Assembly (NCBI GenBank): GCA_963766345.1
Contig: CAVXZL010000001.1
Coordinates: forward strand, 1,911 to 65,910
From: an uncultured Actinomycetes bacterium
GTDB lineage: Bacteria > Actinomycetota > Thermoleophilia > Gaiellales > Gaiellaceae
DNA length: 64,000 nt
Reading direction: 5' to 3'
The position numbers and the translations under genes were made by a program. Below are positions 43,717-53,184 of the stretch, in pieces (position 1 is the first letter of the stretch; every line of letters starts with the position of its first letter). The notes beneath the pieces are model-generated. The model made no database searches. It was not told where the DNA came from and saw only the letters and a list, made by a program, of their open reading frames with translations.

Positions 43717-44550
43717 TCAGGACCGCGGATGCGCGCGGTCGTAGACTCGGCGCAGGCGCTTGCCGTCCACGTGGCTGTAGATCTGCGTCGTCGAGAGCGA
43801 GGAATGTCCGAGGAGCTCCTGGATCGTGCGCAGGTCGGCTCCGCCCTCGAGCAGGTGCGTTGCGAAGGCGTGGCGCAGCCGGTGCGGGTGCGGCGAGATC
43901 CGGCGCAGGGTGCTCGTGTCGAGCCGACGTCCGCGGACGGAGACGAAGAGCGCAGGCTCGGCACGCGCGACGAGTTCCGGGCGCGCGTGCTCGAGGTAGC
44001 GCGCGAGCCAGAACCCGGCCTCCTCGCCGAGCGGCACGACGCGTTCCTTGCCGCCCTTGCCGCGCACGCGGACGAGCTCCTGCTCGAAGTCCACGTCGTC
44101 GACGTCGAGCCCGACGGCCTCCGCGCTTCGCAACCCGGCCGAGTAGACGAGCTCCACGAGCGCACGGTTTCGCAAAGCGAGCGGGCCGTCGCCTTCGAGA
44201 GCCTCGAGCAGCTGCTCGATCTCGGCGGATCGCGGCGGGTCCGGCAGCCGCCTCGCACGGCGCGGACCGAGCGCGACGTCGGGCACGCGCGCCGGGCCGA
44301 GCGTGAAGCGCAGGAACGACCGAACGGCTGCGAGGCGCCGCGCCACGCTCGAGGGTGCGAGCCGCGAGCGCGCTCGTCCGAGCTCTGAAGCGTAATCGGC
44401 GAGCTCGCGCACTCCGATGCCGTCGAGACTCAGCTTGCGCGCGTCGAGCCAGCGCGCGAAGTGCTCGAGGTCGACGCGGTACGTGCGCCGCGTGGCGTCC
44501 GCGAACGAGGGGCTCGCCAGGAAGCGGTCGATCTCTCGCTCGAAGGCCAC
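43717..44550 (-). CDS. xerC: Tyrosine recombinase, XerC-like
   Basis: Motifs ELVYSAGLRSAEAVGL and HRLRHAFATHLLEGGADLRTIQELLGHSSLSTTQIYSHV, ending in AHPRS. Confidence 0.85.
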   Translation of the reverse strand: MAFEREIDRFLASPSFADATRRTYRVDLEHFARWLDARKLSLDGIGVRELADYASELGRARSRLAPSSVARRLAAVRSFLRFTLGPARVPDVALGPRRARRLPDPPRSAEIEQLLEALEGDGPLALRNRALVELVYSAGLRSAEAVGLDVDDVDFEQELVRVRGKGGKERVVPLGEEAGFWLARYLEHARPELVARAEPALFVSVRGRRLDTSTLRRISPHPHRLRHAFATHLLEGGADLRTIQELLGHSSLSTTQIYSHVDGKRLRRVYDRAHPRS

Positions 44551-44572
44551 ACGCGTCGATTCGCCCCGCCGC

Positions 44573-45133
44573 TCATAGCTCCTCGCGGAGTAGCGACCAC
44601 ATCACGAAATCCGACCGCCTCCCGAGGCGAGCGTTGTAGCGCTGCGCGCGAAGCACGCCCTCTCGCGTGAAGCCGGCTTTCTCCGCGACGCGATTCGACG
44701 CGACGTTCTCCGCGTCTGCGCGGAGCTGGATGCGCGCGAGCTCGGGCACGACGCCGAAAGCCCAGCGCGCCGCCGCACGCGTCGCCGCCGTCGCGACGCC
44801 GCGGCCTCGCGCTTCGGCGGCGACCCAGTAGCCGACCTCGGCGCAGCCGTCGTCGAGGTCCGAGAGGAAGCGCACGCCGATGCCGCCGACGACGCCGTCG
44901 ATCCTGTCGATGTGGATCCCGAAGGTCGCGTTCGTCCCGCTGCGCCAGCCCTCGGCCGTCATCGCGAACCAGTTGTAGGCGTCAGATGGGGCATATGGAT
45001 GCGGCACGAGGTCGAGGTACGTGGCGATCTGCGGGTCGTTGATGCGGCGCACGAGGGCGTCGGCGTCGTCCGCGCTCCAGGGGTGGAGCGCGACCGTTCC
45101 ATCGACGACGGCTGTCGGTGTCAAATGCGGCAT
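44573..45133 (-). CDS. GNAT-family N-acetyltransferase (RimJ/RimL-like)
   Basis: Motifs EVGYWVAAEARGRGVATAA and NVASNRVAEKAGFTREG. ATG at 45133. Confidence 0.8.
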   Translation of the reverse strand: MPHLTPTAVVDGTVALHPWSADDADALVRRINDPQIATYLDLVPHPYAPSDAYNWFAMTAEGWRSGTNATFGIHIDRIDGVVGGIGVRFLSDLDDGCAEVGYWVAAEARGRGVATAATRAAARWAFGVVPELARIQLRADAENVASNRVAEKAGFTREGVLRAQRYNARLGRRSDFVMWSLLREEL

Positions 45134-45164
45134 GGGCAGCGACCTCTCACTACGATAGGGCGCG

Positions 45165-46766
45165 ATGGCCGCGACGGTTGAGCGCAGCGAAGCTCTGCTG
45201 CTTTCGGAATACGGGCTCAAGCCGAAAGGCCGCATTCACCGCAATCCGAGCACCGCCATGCTCTACACGCACGCGCTCGCGGGCAAGGAGGGCGTGCTCG
45301 CCGAGGGCGGGCCGCTCGTCGTCGACACCGGCGTCCACACGGGGCGCTCGCCGAAGGACAAGTTCATCGTCCGGGAGCGGGGCTCCGAGGACCGCATCTG
45401 GTGGGGAGACGTCAACAAGCCGCTCGAAGAGGAGAACTTCTTCGGGCTCCGCGACAAGGTCGTGGCGTACCTGAACGTGCAGCCGGTGCTGTACGTCGTC
45501 GACGCGTTCGCCGGCGCAGATCCCGCGCAGCGGATCGGGGTGCGTGTGATCACCGACCGCGCCTATCACGCGCTCTTCGCGAAGACGATGTTCATCGAGC
45601 CGAGCGACGACGACCTCGACACGTTCGAGGCAGACGCGCTCGTTCTGCACGCGCCGGCGCTCGAGGCGGAGCCGGACGAGGACGGCACGCGCAGCGGCAC
45701 GTTCGTCGCGGTGCATCCGGCACGCACGGAGGTGCTGATCGGGGGCACCGAGTATGCGGGCGAGATCAAGAAGTCGATCTTCACCGTGATGAACGACCGC
45801 CTGCCGCTCGAGGGCATCCTCCCGATGCACTGTTCCGCCAACGTGGACGACGACGGCCGCGTCGCCGTGTTCTTCGGCCTCTCCGGAACGGGCAAGACGA
45901 CGCTCTCCGCGGATCCCGAGCGGTGGCTGATCGGCGACGACGAGCACGGCTGGAGCGACAGCGGCGTCTTCAACATCGAAGGCGGCTGCTACGCGAAGGT
46001 GATCAGGCTCTCGGAGGAGGCCGAGCCGGAGATCTTCGAGACCACGCGCACGTTCGGCACGATCCTCGAGAACGTCGCCGTCGACGAGCGCGGCGTGCTC
46101 GACCTCGACGACGCGTCCAAGACCGAGAACACGCGGGCCGCGTACAAGCTCGAGCGCATCTCGCACGCGCTCCCCGAGAAGCGCGCCGGCCATCCGAGCT
46201 CCGTCGTGATGCTCACCGCGGACGCATTCGGCGTGCTGCCGCCGATCGCGCGGCTCACGCACGAGCAGGCGCTCTTCTACTTCCTGTCGGGCTTCACCGC
46301 GAAGCTCGCCGGTACCGAGATCGGCGTCACCGAGCCGCAGCCGACGTTCTCGACCTGCTTCGGCGCACCGTTCCTGCCCCAGCCGCCGAGCGTGTATGCG
46401 CGGATGCTCGGCGAGAAGCTCGCGGAGCACGACGTCACCGTCTGGCTCGTCAACACGGGCTGGACGGGCGGCCCGTTCGGCGAGGGCTCGCGGATGCCGA
46501 TCGCGGCGACGCGCGGCCTCCTGCATGCGGCGCTCTCGGGATCGCTCGACGACGTGGAGTATCGGGTCGACGAGCTCTTCGGTCTCGAGGTGCCGAAGGA
46601 GGTTCCGGCTGTCGACTCGGCACTGCTCGATCCTCGTGCGACGTGGCGCGATCCCGAGGCGTACGACCGGCACGCCCGCGAGCTGGCGCAGATGTTCAAG
46701 GCGAACTTCGAGAAGTTCGAGGCCGACGCGCCGCCCGAGGTCACGGCGGCAGGCCCGCGCGTCTAG
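45165..46766 (+). CDS. pckA: Phosphoenolpyruvate carboxykinase (ATP)
   Basis: Motifs GRSPKDKF, the kinase-1a loop FFGLSGTGKTTLS, IGDDEHGW and NTGWTGG. Confidence 0.93.
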   Translation: MAATVERSEALLLSEYGLKPKGRIHRNPSTAMLYTHALAGKEGVLAEGGPLVVDTGVHTGRSPKDKFIVRERGSEDRIWWGDVNKPLEEENFFGLRDKVVAYLNVQPVLYVVDAFAGADPAQRIGVRVITDRAYHALFAKTMFIEPSDDDLDTFEADALVLHAPALEAEPDEDGTRSGTFVAVHPARTEVLIGGTEYAGEIKKSIFTVMNDRLPLEGILPMHCSANVDDDGRVAVFFGLSGTGKTTLSADPERWLIGDDEHGWSDSGVFNIEGGCYAKVIRLSEEAEPEIFETTRTFGTILENVAVDERGVLDLDDASKTENTRAAYKLERISHALPEKRAGHPSSVVMLTADAFGVLPPIARLTHEQALFYFLSGFTAKLAGTEIGVTEPQPTFSTCFGAPFLPQPPSVYARMLGEKLAEHDVTVWLVNTGWTGGPFGEGSRMPIAATRGLLHAALSGSLDDVEYRVDELFGLEVPKEVPAVDSALLDPRATWRDPEAYDRHARELAQMFKANFEKFEADAPPEVTAAGPRV

Positions 46767-46780
46767 TCCACGGCCGCGCG

Positions 46781-47200
46781 ATGTTGACGCTCGGTGCCGC
46801 GGGAGTCATCCGCGACGCCGAAGGCCGCGTGCTGCTCGTGCGCGAGTCGCATCCCGAATGGGAGCCCGAACAGGAGCCGTTCGTGACTCCGGGCGGCAAG
46901 ATAGAGGACGGGGAGACGCCACGCGACGCCGCCGAGCGCGAGATCTTCGAGGAGACGGGCATCGTCGCGAAGGTCGGCCCGCTCGTCGGTGTGTACGTCT
47001 CGCGTGCGGACGACGTCCTCCTCGCGTTCGTGTTCCTCGCCGAGGTGACGGCGGGCGTCGCGACGGTGCCCGCGGGCGATGAGATCATCGAGGTCGGCTG
47101 GTTCGATCCGGCGCACCTGCCGACGCCGTGTCCGAGCATCTCGACCGCGGCGATCGCCGATGCCGTGGAGGGCCGACTCGGCGTCTACCGGGAGGTGTGA
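46781..47200 (+). CDS. NUDIX hydrolase
   Basis: Nudix box GGKIEDGETPRDAAEREIFEETG. Confidence 0.8.
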   Translation: MLTLGAAGVIRDAEGRVLLVRESHPEWEPEQEPFVTPGGKIEDGETPRDAAEREIFEETGIVAKVGPLVGVYVSRADDVLLAFVFLAEVTAGVATVPAGDEIIEVGWFDPAHLPTPCPSISTAAIADAVEGRLGVYREV

Positions 47201-47263
47201 GGGAGGACACCGCTCCTTCGACCACCGGCACGAACTCATGGTCCCATCCGTAAGCTTGAGGAC

Positions 47264-48946
47264 GTGGAAGCGAAGCACGACGTGCTGGTCGTCGGCGCGG
47301 GTTGCGCGGGCATGCGGGCAGCGATCGAGGCGTTCGACGCCGGTGCAGACGTGGGTGTCATCTCGAAGCTCCACCCGACGCGCAGCCACTCCGGCGCGGC
47401 CGAGGGCGGCATCAACGCGGCGCTCGGCAACGCGGGGGAGGACGACCCGGAGAAGCACACGTTCGACACCGTCAAGGGCTCGGACTACATCGGCGACCAG
47501 GACGCGATCGAGATCCTGTGCCGTGAGGCGCCGGGCGACATCTACCAGCTCGAGCACTGGGGCGCGTTCTTCTCGCGACGCGACGACGGCAAGCTCGCGC
47601 AGCGCCCGTTCGGCGCGGCCGGCTCGCCGCGCACCGTGTATGCGGCCGACATCACCGGCCACGTCCTGATCCAGGTTCTCTACGAGCAGCTGTGCCGGCG
47701 CAACATCACGGTGTACGAGGAGTTCTTCGCGTGGCGCCTCGTCATCAACGACGACCGCTGCCAGGGCGTCATCTGCTGGGACCTGCTCGACGGCGGCCTG
47801 CGGACGATCGGCGGCAAGACGGTGGTGCTCGCCACCGGCGGCGCCGGGCGCCTCTATCGCGCGACGACGAACGCGTATGCGTGCACCGGCGACGGCATGG
47901 CGATGGCGCTGCGTTCGGGGCTGCCGCTGAAGGACATGGAGTTCATGCAGTTCCACCCGACGACGCTGTTCCCGTCGGGAATCCTCATCACCGAGGGCTG
48001 CCGCGGCGAGGGCGGGTACCTGATCAACAAGGACGGCGAGCGCTTCATGAAGCACTACGCGCCGAACGCGATGGAGCTCGCGTCGCGCGACGTCGTCTCG
48101 CGCTCGGAGACGACCGAGATCGAGGAAGGGCGCGGCGTCAACGGCTCCATCTACCTCGACCTGCGGCATCTCGGGGCCGAGCGGATCATCGACCGGCTTC
48201 CCGGCTCCCGCGAGCTCGCGATGACCTACGCGGGAGTCGACCCGATCTACGACCCCATCCCCGTCAGGCCCGGAGCGCACTACCACATGGGCGGCGTCGA
48301 CACCAACAACGACGGCCTCACGGAGCTGACCGGCCTCTACGCGTCCGGAGAGGCGGCGTGCGTCTCCGTGCACGGCGCGAACCGCCTCGGAGGCAACTCG
48401 CTGATGGAGACGATCACGTTCGGCCGGCGCTCCGGACGTGCCGCGGCCGAATGGGCGCTGTCGCATACGACGGTCGAGGTGCCGGAGTCGCAGGAGCGTG
48501 ACGCCGAGCACGACCTCCAGGAGCTGCTCGACCGGCCCGGCGGTGAGCGCCCGTGGAAGATCCGCGACGAGCTCGGCGCGTCGATGCTCGAGAACTTCGG
48601 CGTCTTCCGGCGCGAAGAGAAGATGGTGCGCCAGGTGGAAATCATCGACGAGCTGCGCGAGCGCTATGAAAACGTCTACGTCGAGGACAAGGGCGAGGTC
48701 TTCAACAGCGATCTCACGCAGGCGATCGAGCTCGGGTACATGCTCGACCTCGCCGCGTGCATGCTCCAGGCCGGCATCGCGCGCAAGGAGAGCCGCGGAG
48801 CGCACTCGCGACCGTACGACTATCCCAAGCGCGACGACGCTCGCTTCATGAAGCACTCGATCACGCGCTGGGTCGACGGGCAGCCGGAGCTGTCGTACAA
48901 GGACGTGCGCTTCACGAAGTACGAGCCGACGGAAAGGAAGTACTGA
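47264..48946 (+). CDS. sdhA: Succinate dehydrogenase/fumarate reductase flavoprotein subunit
   Basis: Motifs [15 protein letters not shown], the covalent-FAD site [17 protein letters not shown] and [10 protein letters not shown]. Confidence 0.93.
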   Translation: MEAKHDVLVVGAGCAGMRAAIEAFDAGADVGVISKLHPTRSHSGAAEGGINAALGNAGEDDPEKHTFDTVKGSDYIGDQDAIEILCREAPGDIYQLEHWGAFFSRRDDGKLAQRPFGAAGSPRTVYAADITGHVLIQVLYEQLCRRNITVYEEFFAWRLVINDDRCQGVICWDLLDGGLRTIGGKTVVLATGGAGRLYRATTNAYACTGDGMAMALRSGLPLKDMEFMQFHPTTLFPSGILITEGCRGEGGYLINKDGERFMKHYAPNAMELASRDVVSRSETTEIEEGRGVNGSIYLDLRHLGAERIIDRLPGSRELAMTYAGVDPIYDPIPVRPGAHYHMGGVDTNNDGLTELTGLYASGEAACVSVHGANRLGGNSLMETITFGRRSGRAAAEWALSHTTVEVPESQERDAEHDLQELLDRPGGERPWKIRDELGASMLENFGVFRREEKMVRQVEIIDELRERYENVYVEDKGEVFNSDLTQAIELGYMLDLAACMLQAGIARKESRGAHSRPYDYPKRDDARFMKHSITRWVDGQPELSYKDVRFTKYEPTERKY

Positions 48947-49674
48947 TGCAGCGGATCGCCCTCGTGTTCATGGTTCTGCCGCTCGCTCTCGCGGCGTGCA
49001 GCGGCACCGAGTCGCGCGTCGCGCGCCAGCTGACACCGACGGCGTCGGTGCGGCAGGCCGCGAACAAGACGACGGCGGCGACGAGCGCGCACCTGACGTT
49101 CAACGCCTCCGGCGCGTTCGGCGGGCAGAACGGCTCTCTGACCGGCAGCGCCGATTTCGACAATGCCAACCATCGCGGCTCGTTCCATCTCGACGTGCCG
49201 GAGTACGGCGCATTCGACCTGATCCTCGACGGCAATACGGCATACGTGGGAGCTCCCTTCCTGAAGGCGTTCCTGCCCGCGGGGAAGACGTGGCTCAAGC
49301 TCGACGGAAAGACGCGCAGCAGTGCGCTGCCGAAGTCGATTCCGCAGGATCCGAAGGAGGCGCTGGCGCGCTTGAAGAAGCTCGCCGACGTACGCAAGGT
49401 CGGCGAGGAGACGATCGACGGAGTGACCACGACTCACTACCACGGCGTCGGCCGCCTCGACCACGGCGCGTTCGACGTGTGGATCGGCAACGACGACGGG
49501 TACGTCCGTCGCGTGCGCGCGGGAGCGAACGGCAAGCAGGGGCACGGCGAGCTCGTCGTCACGCTCTCGGACTTCGGCGAGTCCGTTTCCGTGACTCCGC
49601 CGCCGGCGTCCGAGACCGCGGACGCGGCGGCCCTCATGAGCTCCTTCAAGACCAACCTCTTCAAGCGCGGATGA
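48946..49674 (+). CDS. Lipoprotein (LolA/LprG-like fold suspected) inserted between sdhA and sdhB
   Basis: Lipobox LALAAC after [12 protein letters not shown]. The body is beta-rich and includes GEETIDGVTTTHYHG. Both ends are overlap-coupled to the neighbours (TGATG, ATGA). Confidence 0.7.
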   Translation: MQRIALVFMVLPLALAACSGTESRVARQLTPTASVRQAANKTTAATSAHLTFNASGAFGGQNGSLTGSADFDNANHRGSFHLDVPEYGAFDLILDGNTAYVGAPFLKAFLPAGKTWLKLDGKTRSSALPKSIPQDPKEALARLKKLADVRKVGEETIDGVTTTHYHGVGRLDHGAFDVWIGNDDGYVRRVRAGANGKQGHGELVVTLSDFGESVSVTPPPASETADAAALMSSFKTNLFKRG

Positions 49675-50855
49675 AGGTCGGCCTCAAGATCTGGCGGTAC
49701 GACTCGTCGACGGGCGACCGCGCGCTGAAGGAGTACGAGCTCGACGCGCCGGAGGAGGCGACCCTCCTCGACTGCCTCGATCTCATCAAGGACCAGCAAG
49801 ACGGCACGCTCGCGTACCGCAAGAGCTGCCGGATGATGATCTGCGGCTCGTGCGGCATGCGCATGGACGGCGCCGCGGTGCTCGCGTGCAAGACGCGCAT
49901 GTACGAGATCGCGGAGAGCGGCCACGTGCCGGTCGTCTCGGCGATGGGCAACCTGCCGATCGTCAAGGACCTCGTCGTCGACATGACGCCGTTCTGGTCG
50001 AAGTTCCGCGCGGTCGGGCCGTGGCTGAATCCCGGCTACGACCAGCCGGCCGACGGCAAGGAGTACCGGATCTCGCAGGAGCGCATGAACGTCATCCACA
50101 AGGAGTCGCTCTGCATCAACTGCGGCTGCTGCGTGTCCGAGTGCAACGCCATGGAGGCGGACCCGGAGTTCCTCGGCCCGCAGGCGCTCGCGAAGGGGAT
50201 GCGCTTCGTCGGCGATCCGCGCGAGGCGAAGGCCGTCGAGCGGCTCGAGGACTACAACTCGGAGCACGGGATCTGGGACTGCACGCGGTGCTACTTCTGC
50301 AACGAGCGCTGCCCGAAGGGCGTCGACCCGCGCGACGCGATCGCGAAGCTCGGCGCCGAGTCGATCAAGCACGGCATCGACCGCGACATGGGCGCGAAGC
50401 ACGCGAAGTGGTTCGTCACGTCCGCGAAGACGACGGGCTGGCTGCGCGAGACCGAGCTCGTGCCGAAGACGCAGGGGATCAAGGCGGCGATCCAGCAGAC
50501 GGGCTTCGCGCTCGGCCTGCTGAAGCACGGCAAGGTGCCGCTGCCCGTGCCGCCGCACGTCGCAAAGGACGTGCCGCAGGCGCGCGCGCTCCACGACATC
50601 GTGAACTCGCAGGACCGGCTGGGCGCGCTCGGGATCGTGCAGGGCGAGCGCGCGCTGTCGCGCCTCGAGCACGGCACCCACGCCGGGGGCAACGCGGAGC
50701 GCGGGCCCTACGGCGAGGGCTCGTTCCCGCGGCCGTTCCTCCCCGGCGAGGACGGCGCTCCGCCGGCCGGCGGGGACGAGGGCATGGGCAGCCGCACGCA
50801 GGCCGACGTGACGCCCGGCGCGGAACCGACGAAGAAGCCCGGCGGCGGCGCCTGA
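49671..50855 (+). CDS. sdhB: Succinate dehydrogenase iron-sulfur subunit with a long C-terminal extension
   Basis: 2Fe-2S Cys cluster (CRMMICGSCGM...C), CINCGCCVSEC and CTRCYFCNERCP, followed by ~150 extra residues ending in a Gly/Pro-rich tail. Confidence 0.88.
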   Translation: MKVGLKIWRYDSSTGDRALKEYELDAPEEATLLDCLDLIKDQQDGTLAYRKSCRMMICGSCGMRMDGAAVLACKTRMYEIAESGHVPVVSAMGNLPIVKDLVVDMTPFWSKFRAVGPWLNPGYDQPADGKEYRISQERMNVIHKESLCINCGCCVSECNAMEADPEFLGPQALAKGMRFVGDPREAKAVERLEDYNSEHGIWDCTRCYFCNERCPKGVDPRDAIAKLGAESIKHGIDRDMGAKHAKWFVTSAKTTGWLRETELVPKTQGIKAAIQQTGFALGLLKHGKVPLPVPPHVAKDVPQARALHDIVNSQDRLGALGIVQGERALSRLEHGTHAGGNAERGPYGEGSFPRPFLPGEDGAPPAGGDEGMGSRTQADVTPGAEPTKKPGGGA

Positions 50856-51739
50856 TGGCCAGGGTCGCGTACTACAAGGGCTGTCTCGCCTCCCTCTCGG
50901 CGAAGGAGCTCGACATCTCGACTCAGGCGCTGGCGCCGATGCTCGATCTCGAGCTCGAGGAGCTGGAATCGGTCACGTGCTGCGGCGCCGGGGACATTCA
51001 CGAGGCCGAGCCGGACTACTACCTGCACCTGAACGCGCGCATCCTCGCGTACGCGGAGGCGACCGGCGCCGACACGCTCATGACGATCTGCAACGTCTGC
51101 ACGCTCAACCTGCGACAGGCGAACTGGCAGCTCAAGGGCGACGAAGCACTCCGCGAACGCGTGAACGCGAACCTCGCCGCGGTTGGCGTGCCCGCGTACT
51201 CCGGAAGCGTCGACGTGAAGCACTTCCTCTGGCTCGTCGCGGAGGGCGAGGGCTACGAGCTGCTGAAGCAGGCTGCCCACAAGGGGCTGAAGGGCCTGAA
51301 GGTCGCGCCGTTCTACGGGTGCCAGATCCTGCGGCCGTCGAAGATCATGGGCTTCGAGGATCCGGACCGGCCGTGGTCGCTCGAGAAGATCATCGAGGCG
51401 TGCGGGGGCGAGCCGATCGACTATCCGGCGAAGATCAAGTGCTGCGGCTTCCCGATCATCCAGGCACGCGAGGAGACCGCACTTCAAGAGCTGATCCAGC
51501 CCATCGAGCAGGCGATGGAGCGCGGGGCGGACGCGATGGTCACGCCGTGCCCGCTCTGCCACCTGTCGCTCGACGCGTGGCAGTCGAAGCTGCGCGCTTC
51601 GACCGGCCGTGACTTCCGCATGCCGATCCTGCACCTCTCCCAGTTGATCGGCGTCGCCGCCGGCTTCGAGGAGTCCGCACTGCGGTTCAAGCGGCACGTC
51701 GTGTCGGTCGAGCCGGTCGTCGCGAAACTGCAAGCCTGA
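50855..51739 (+). CDS. HdrB-like CCG-domain protein (type-E succinate:quinone oxidoreductase SdhE/SdhC-like subunit)
   Basis: Two Cys-rich CCG motifs (VTCCGAG...CNVC; IKCCGFP...PCPLCH). It follows sdhB directly with a TGATG overlap. Confidence 0.85.
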   Translation: MARVAYYKGCLASLSAKELDISTQALAPMLDLELEELESVTCCGAGDIHEAEPDYYLHLNARILAYAEATGADTLMTICNVCTLNLRQANWQLKGDEALRERVNANLAAVGVPAYSGSVDVKHFLWLVAEGEGYELLKQAAHKGLKGLKVAPFYGCQILRPSKIMGFEDPDRPWSLEKIIEACGGEPIDYPAKIKCCGFPIIQAREETALQELIQPIEQAMERGADAMVTPCPLCHLSLDAWQSKLRASTGRDFRMPILHLSQLIGVAAGFEESALRFKRHVVSVEPVVAKLQA

Positions 51740-52548
51740 AACCGCTCGCGGCAGTCGCGGCGGCGGCGCTCGGCTGGGCGTGGTTCGAGGCGGGCTGGGT
51801 GCGGCTCGACACGCTCGAGGTCCCGCTGCCGGGCCTTGCGCCCGAGCTCGACGGCCTCCGGATCGCGCACCTGTCGGACTTCCACCTCGGCATGCGCGGG
51901 CGCTCCACGAATGCCGTCGAGAAAGCGGTCGAGTGGGTCGACGAGCGGCAACCCGACCTGACGCTTCTCACCGGCGACCTTCTGACGCGCGCGTCGGGAG
52001 AAGCCACGCTCCGCGCGCTGCTGCCGCGGCTGCCACGTGCCTATGCGATCCTCGGCAACCACGACCTCGCGATCAGCCGCGACCCGTTCGTCGAGCGAAC
52101 GTTCGTGACCGACCTCTCGCCGGTCCGGCTGCTGTCGGACGAGGCAGTGACGCTCGACGTCCGCGGCCGGCGGGTGTACATGGCCGGCGCCGATCCACGC
52201 TCGCGCTGGGTGAAGTCCCGGCCGCAACCGCGCGATCTCGCGGTTCCACGCGAAGAGGCCGACCTCCGGATCCTGCTCGTGCATTACCCGGAGCTCGTCG
52301 ACGACCTGCGGCCCGGCGCGTTCGACCTCGTCGTCTCGGGTCACATGCACGACGGGCAGATCTGCCTGCCGTACCCGGGCGGCAAGCTGCGGTTCGCGCA
52401 CCTCAGCGCGCGTTACACGCACGGGCTCTACCGGACGCGCGGCGGCTCGATGCACGTGTCCGCCGGGCTCGGCACGACGTTCGTTCCGTTCCGTTTCGCG
52501 GCGCGACCCGAAGCCACGGAACTAGTGCTACAAGGTGAAGCGCGATGA
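51736..52548 (+). CDS. Calcineurin-like metallophosphoesterase (probable CTG start)
   Basis: Motifs HLSDFHLG, LLTGDL, GNHD and SGHMHDGQ. The first GTG is at 51799, but an in-frame hydrophobic N-terminus starts at CTG 51736, which overlaps the upstream stop (CTGA). Confidence 0.75.
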   Translation: MKPLAAVAAAALGWAWFEAGWVRLDTLEVPLPGLAPELDGLRIAHLSDFHLGMRGRSTNAVEKAVEWVDERQPDLTLLTGDLLTRASGEATLRALLPRLPRAYAILGNHDLAISRDPFVERTFVTDLSPVRLLSDEAVTLDVRGRRVYMAGADPRSRWVKSRPQPRDLAVPREEADLRILLVHYPELVDDLRPGAFDLVVSGHMHDGQICLPYPGGKLRFAHLSARYTHGLYRTRGGSMHVSAGLGTTFVPFRFAARPEATELVLQGEAR

Positions 52549-53168
52549 GCACCCGGGTCGTGGGCCTCACGGGCGCGACGCTCGAGACGACGCCGAGCGT
52601 CTGCCACACGTGCGTCTGGTGGCAGTCGCGGCTCGGGCGCGAGACGGAGAAGCGGCGCTGGATCGAGCGGATCGAAGACGACTCGGGCTCCTGGGGCGCC
52701 GTCTACCACGACGACGACGGGCGGCTCCTCGGCTCGATGCAGTTCGGGCCGGCGAGCTTCTTCCCGCGCGCGCAGGAGCTGCCGGCCGGGCCCGCGAGCG
52801 ACGACGCGTTCCTCGTCACGTGCGCGTACCTCTCCGAGCCGACGACGCCCTGGGTGATGCAGTCGCTCTTTCTCACCGCGATCGGGGAAGCACGAGAACG
52901 GCACGCGCCGGCGCTCGAGGCGTTCGCATACCGCTATCGCGAGGGCGAGTCGGCGTACGAGCGCTTCGAGGTGCACCGCACCGTGTTCCCGCGCGACTTC
53001 CTGGCCGACTTCGGCTTTCGCACGCTGCGCGCGCAGGGCCGCGTCGAGCTGTGCCGCCTCGAGCTCGGCGGCCTGCAGCCCGTGCTGGAGGGCAAGCGCG
53101 TGGAAGTGCTCCGCAAGCTGCGCGAGGTCTTCGCGCCACCTTCGCCGGTGCCGCAGCGCATCCCGTAA
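52545..53168 (+). CDS. Conserved hypothetical protein (possibly GNAT-like fold), N-terminal CxxC-WW motif
   Basis: ATGA overlap with the previous gene. The composition is protein-like (SVCHTCVWWQ..., FLVTCAYL...). No confident family assignment could be made from sequence alone. Confidence 0.55.
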   Translation: MSTRVVGLTGATLETTPSVCHTCVWWQSRLGRETEKRRWIERIEDDSGSWGAVYHDDDGRLLGSMQFGPASFFPRAQELPAGPASDDAFLVTCAYLSEPTTPWVMQSLFLTAIGEARERHAPALEAFAYRYREGESAYERFEVHRTVFPRDFLADFGFRTLRAQGRVELCRLELGGLQPVLEGKRVEVLRKLREVFAPPSPVPQRIP

Positions 53169-53184
53169 GCAGGCGTAAAGCCGC

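Noticed and set aside
42398-44550. Annotating the Xer pair as a mobile element
   Set aside because: No transposase, phage or conjugation genes, terminal inverted repeats or target duplications are visible. Both proteins carry housekeeping XerC/D-type motifs. It is reported as an oddity rather than as a mobile element.
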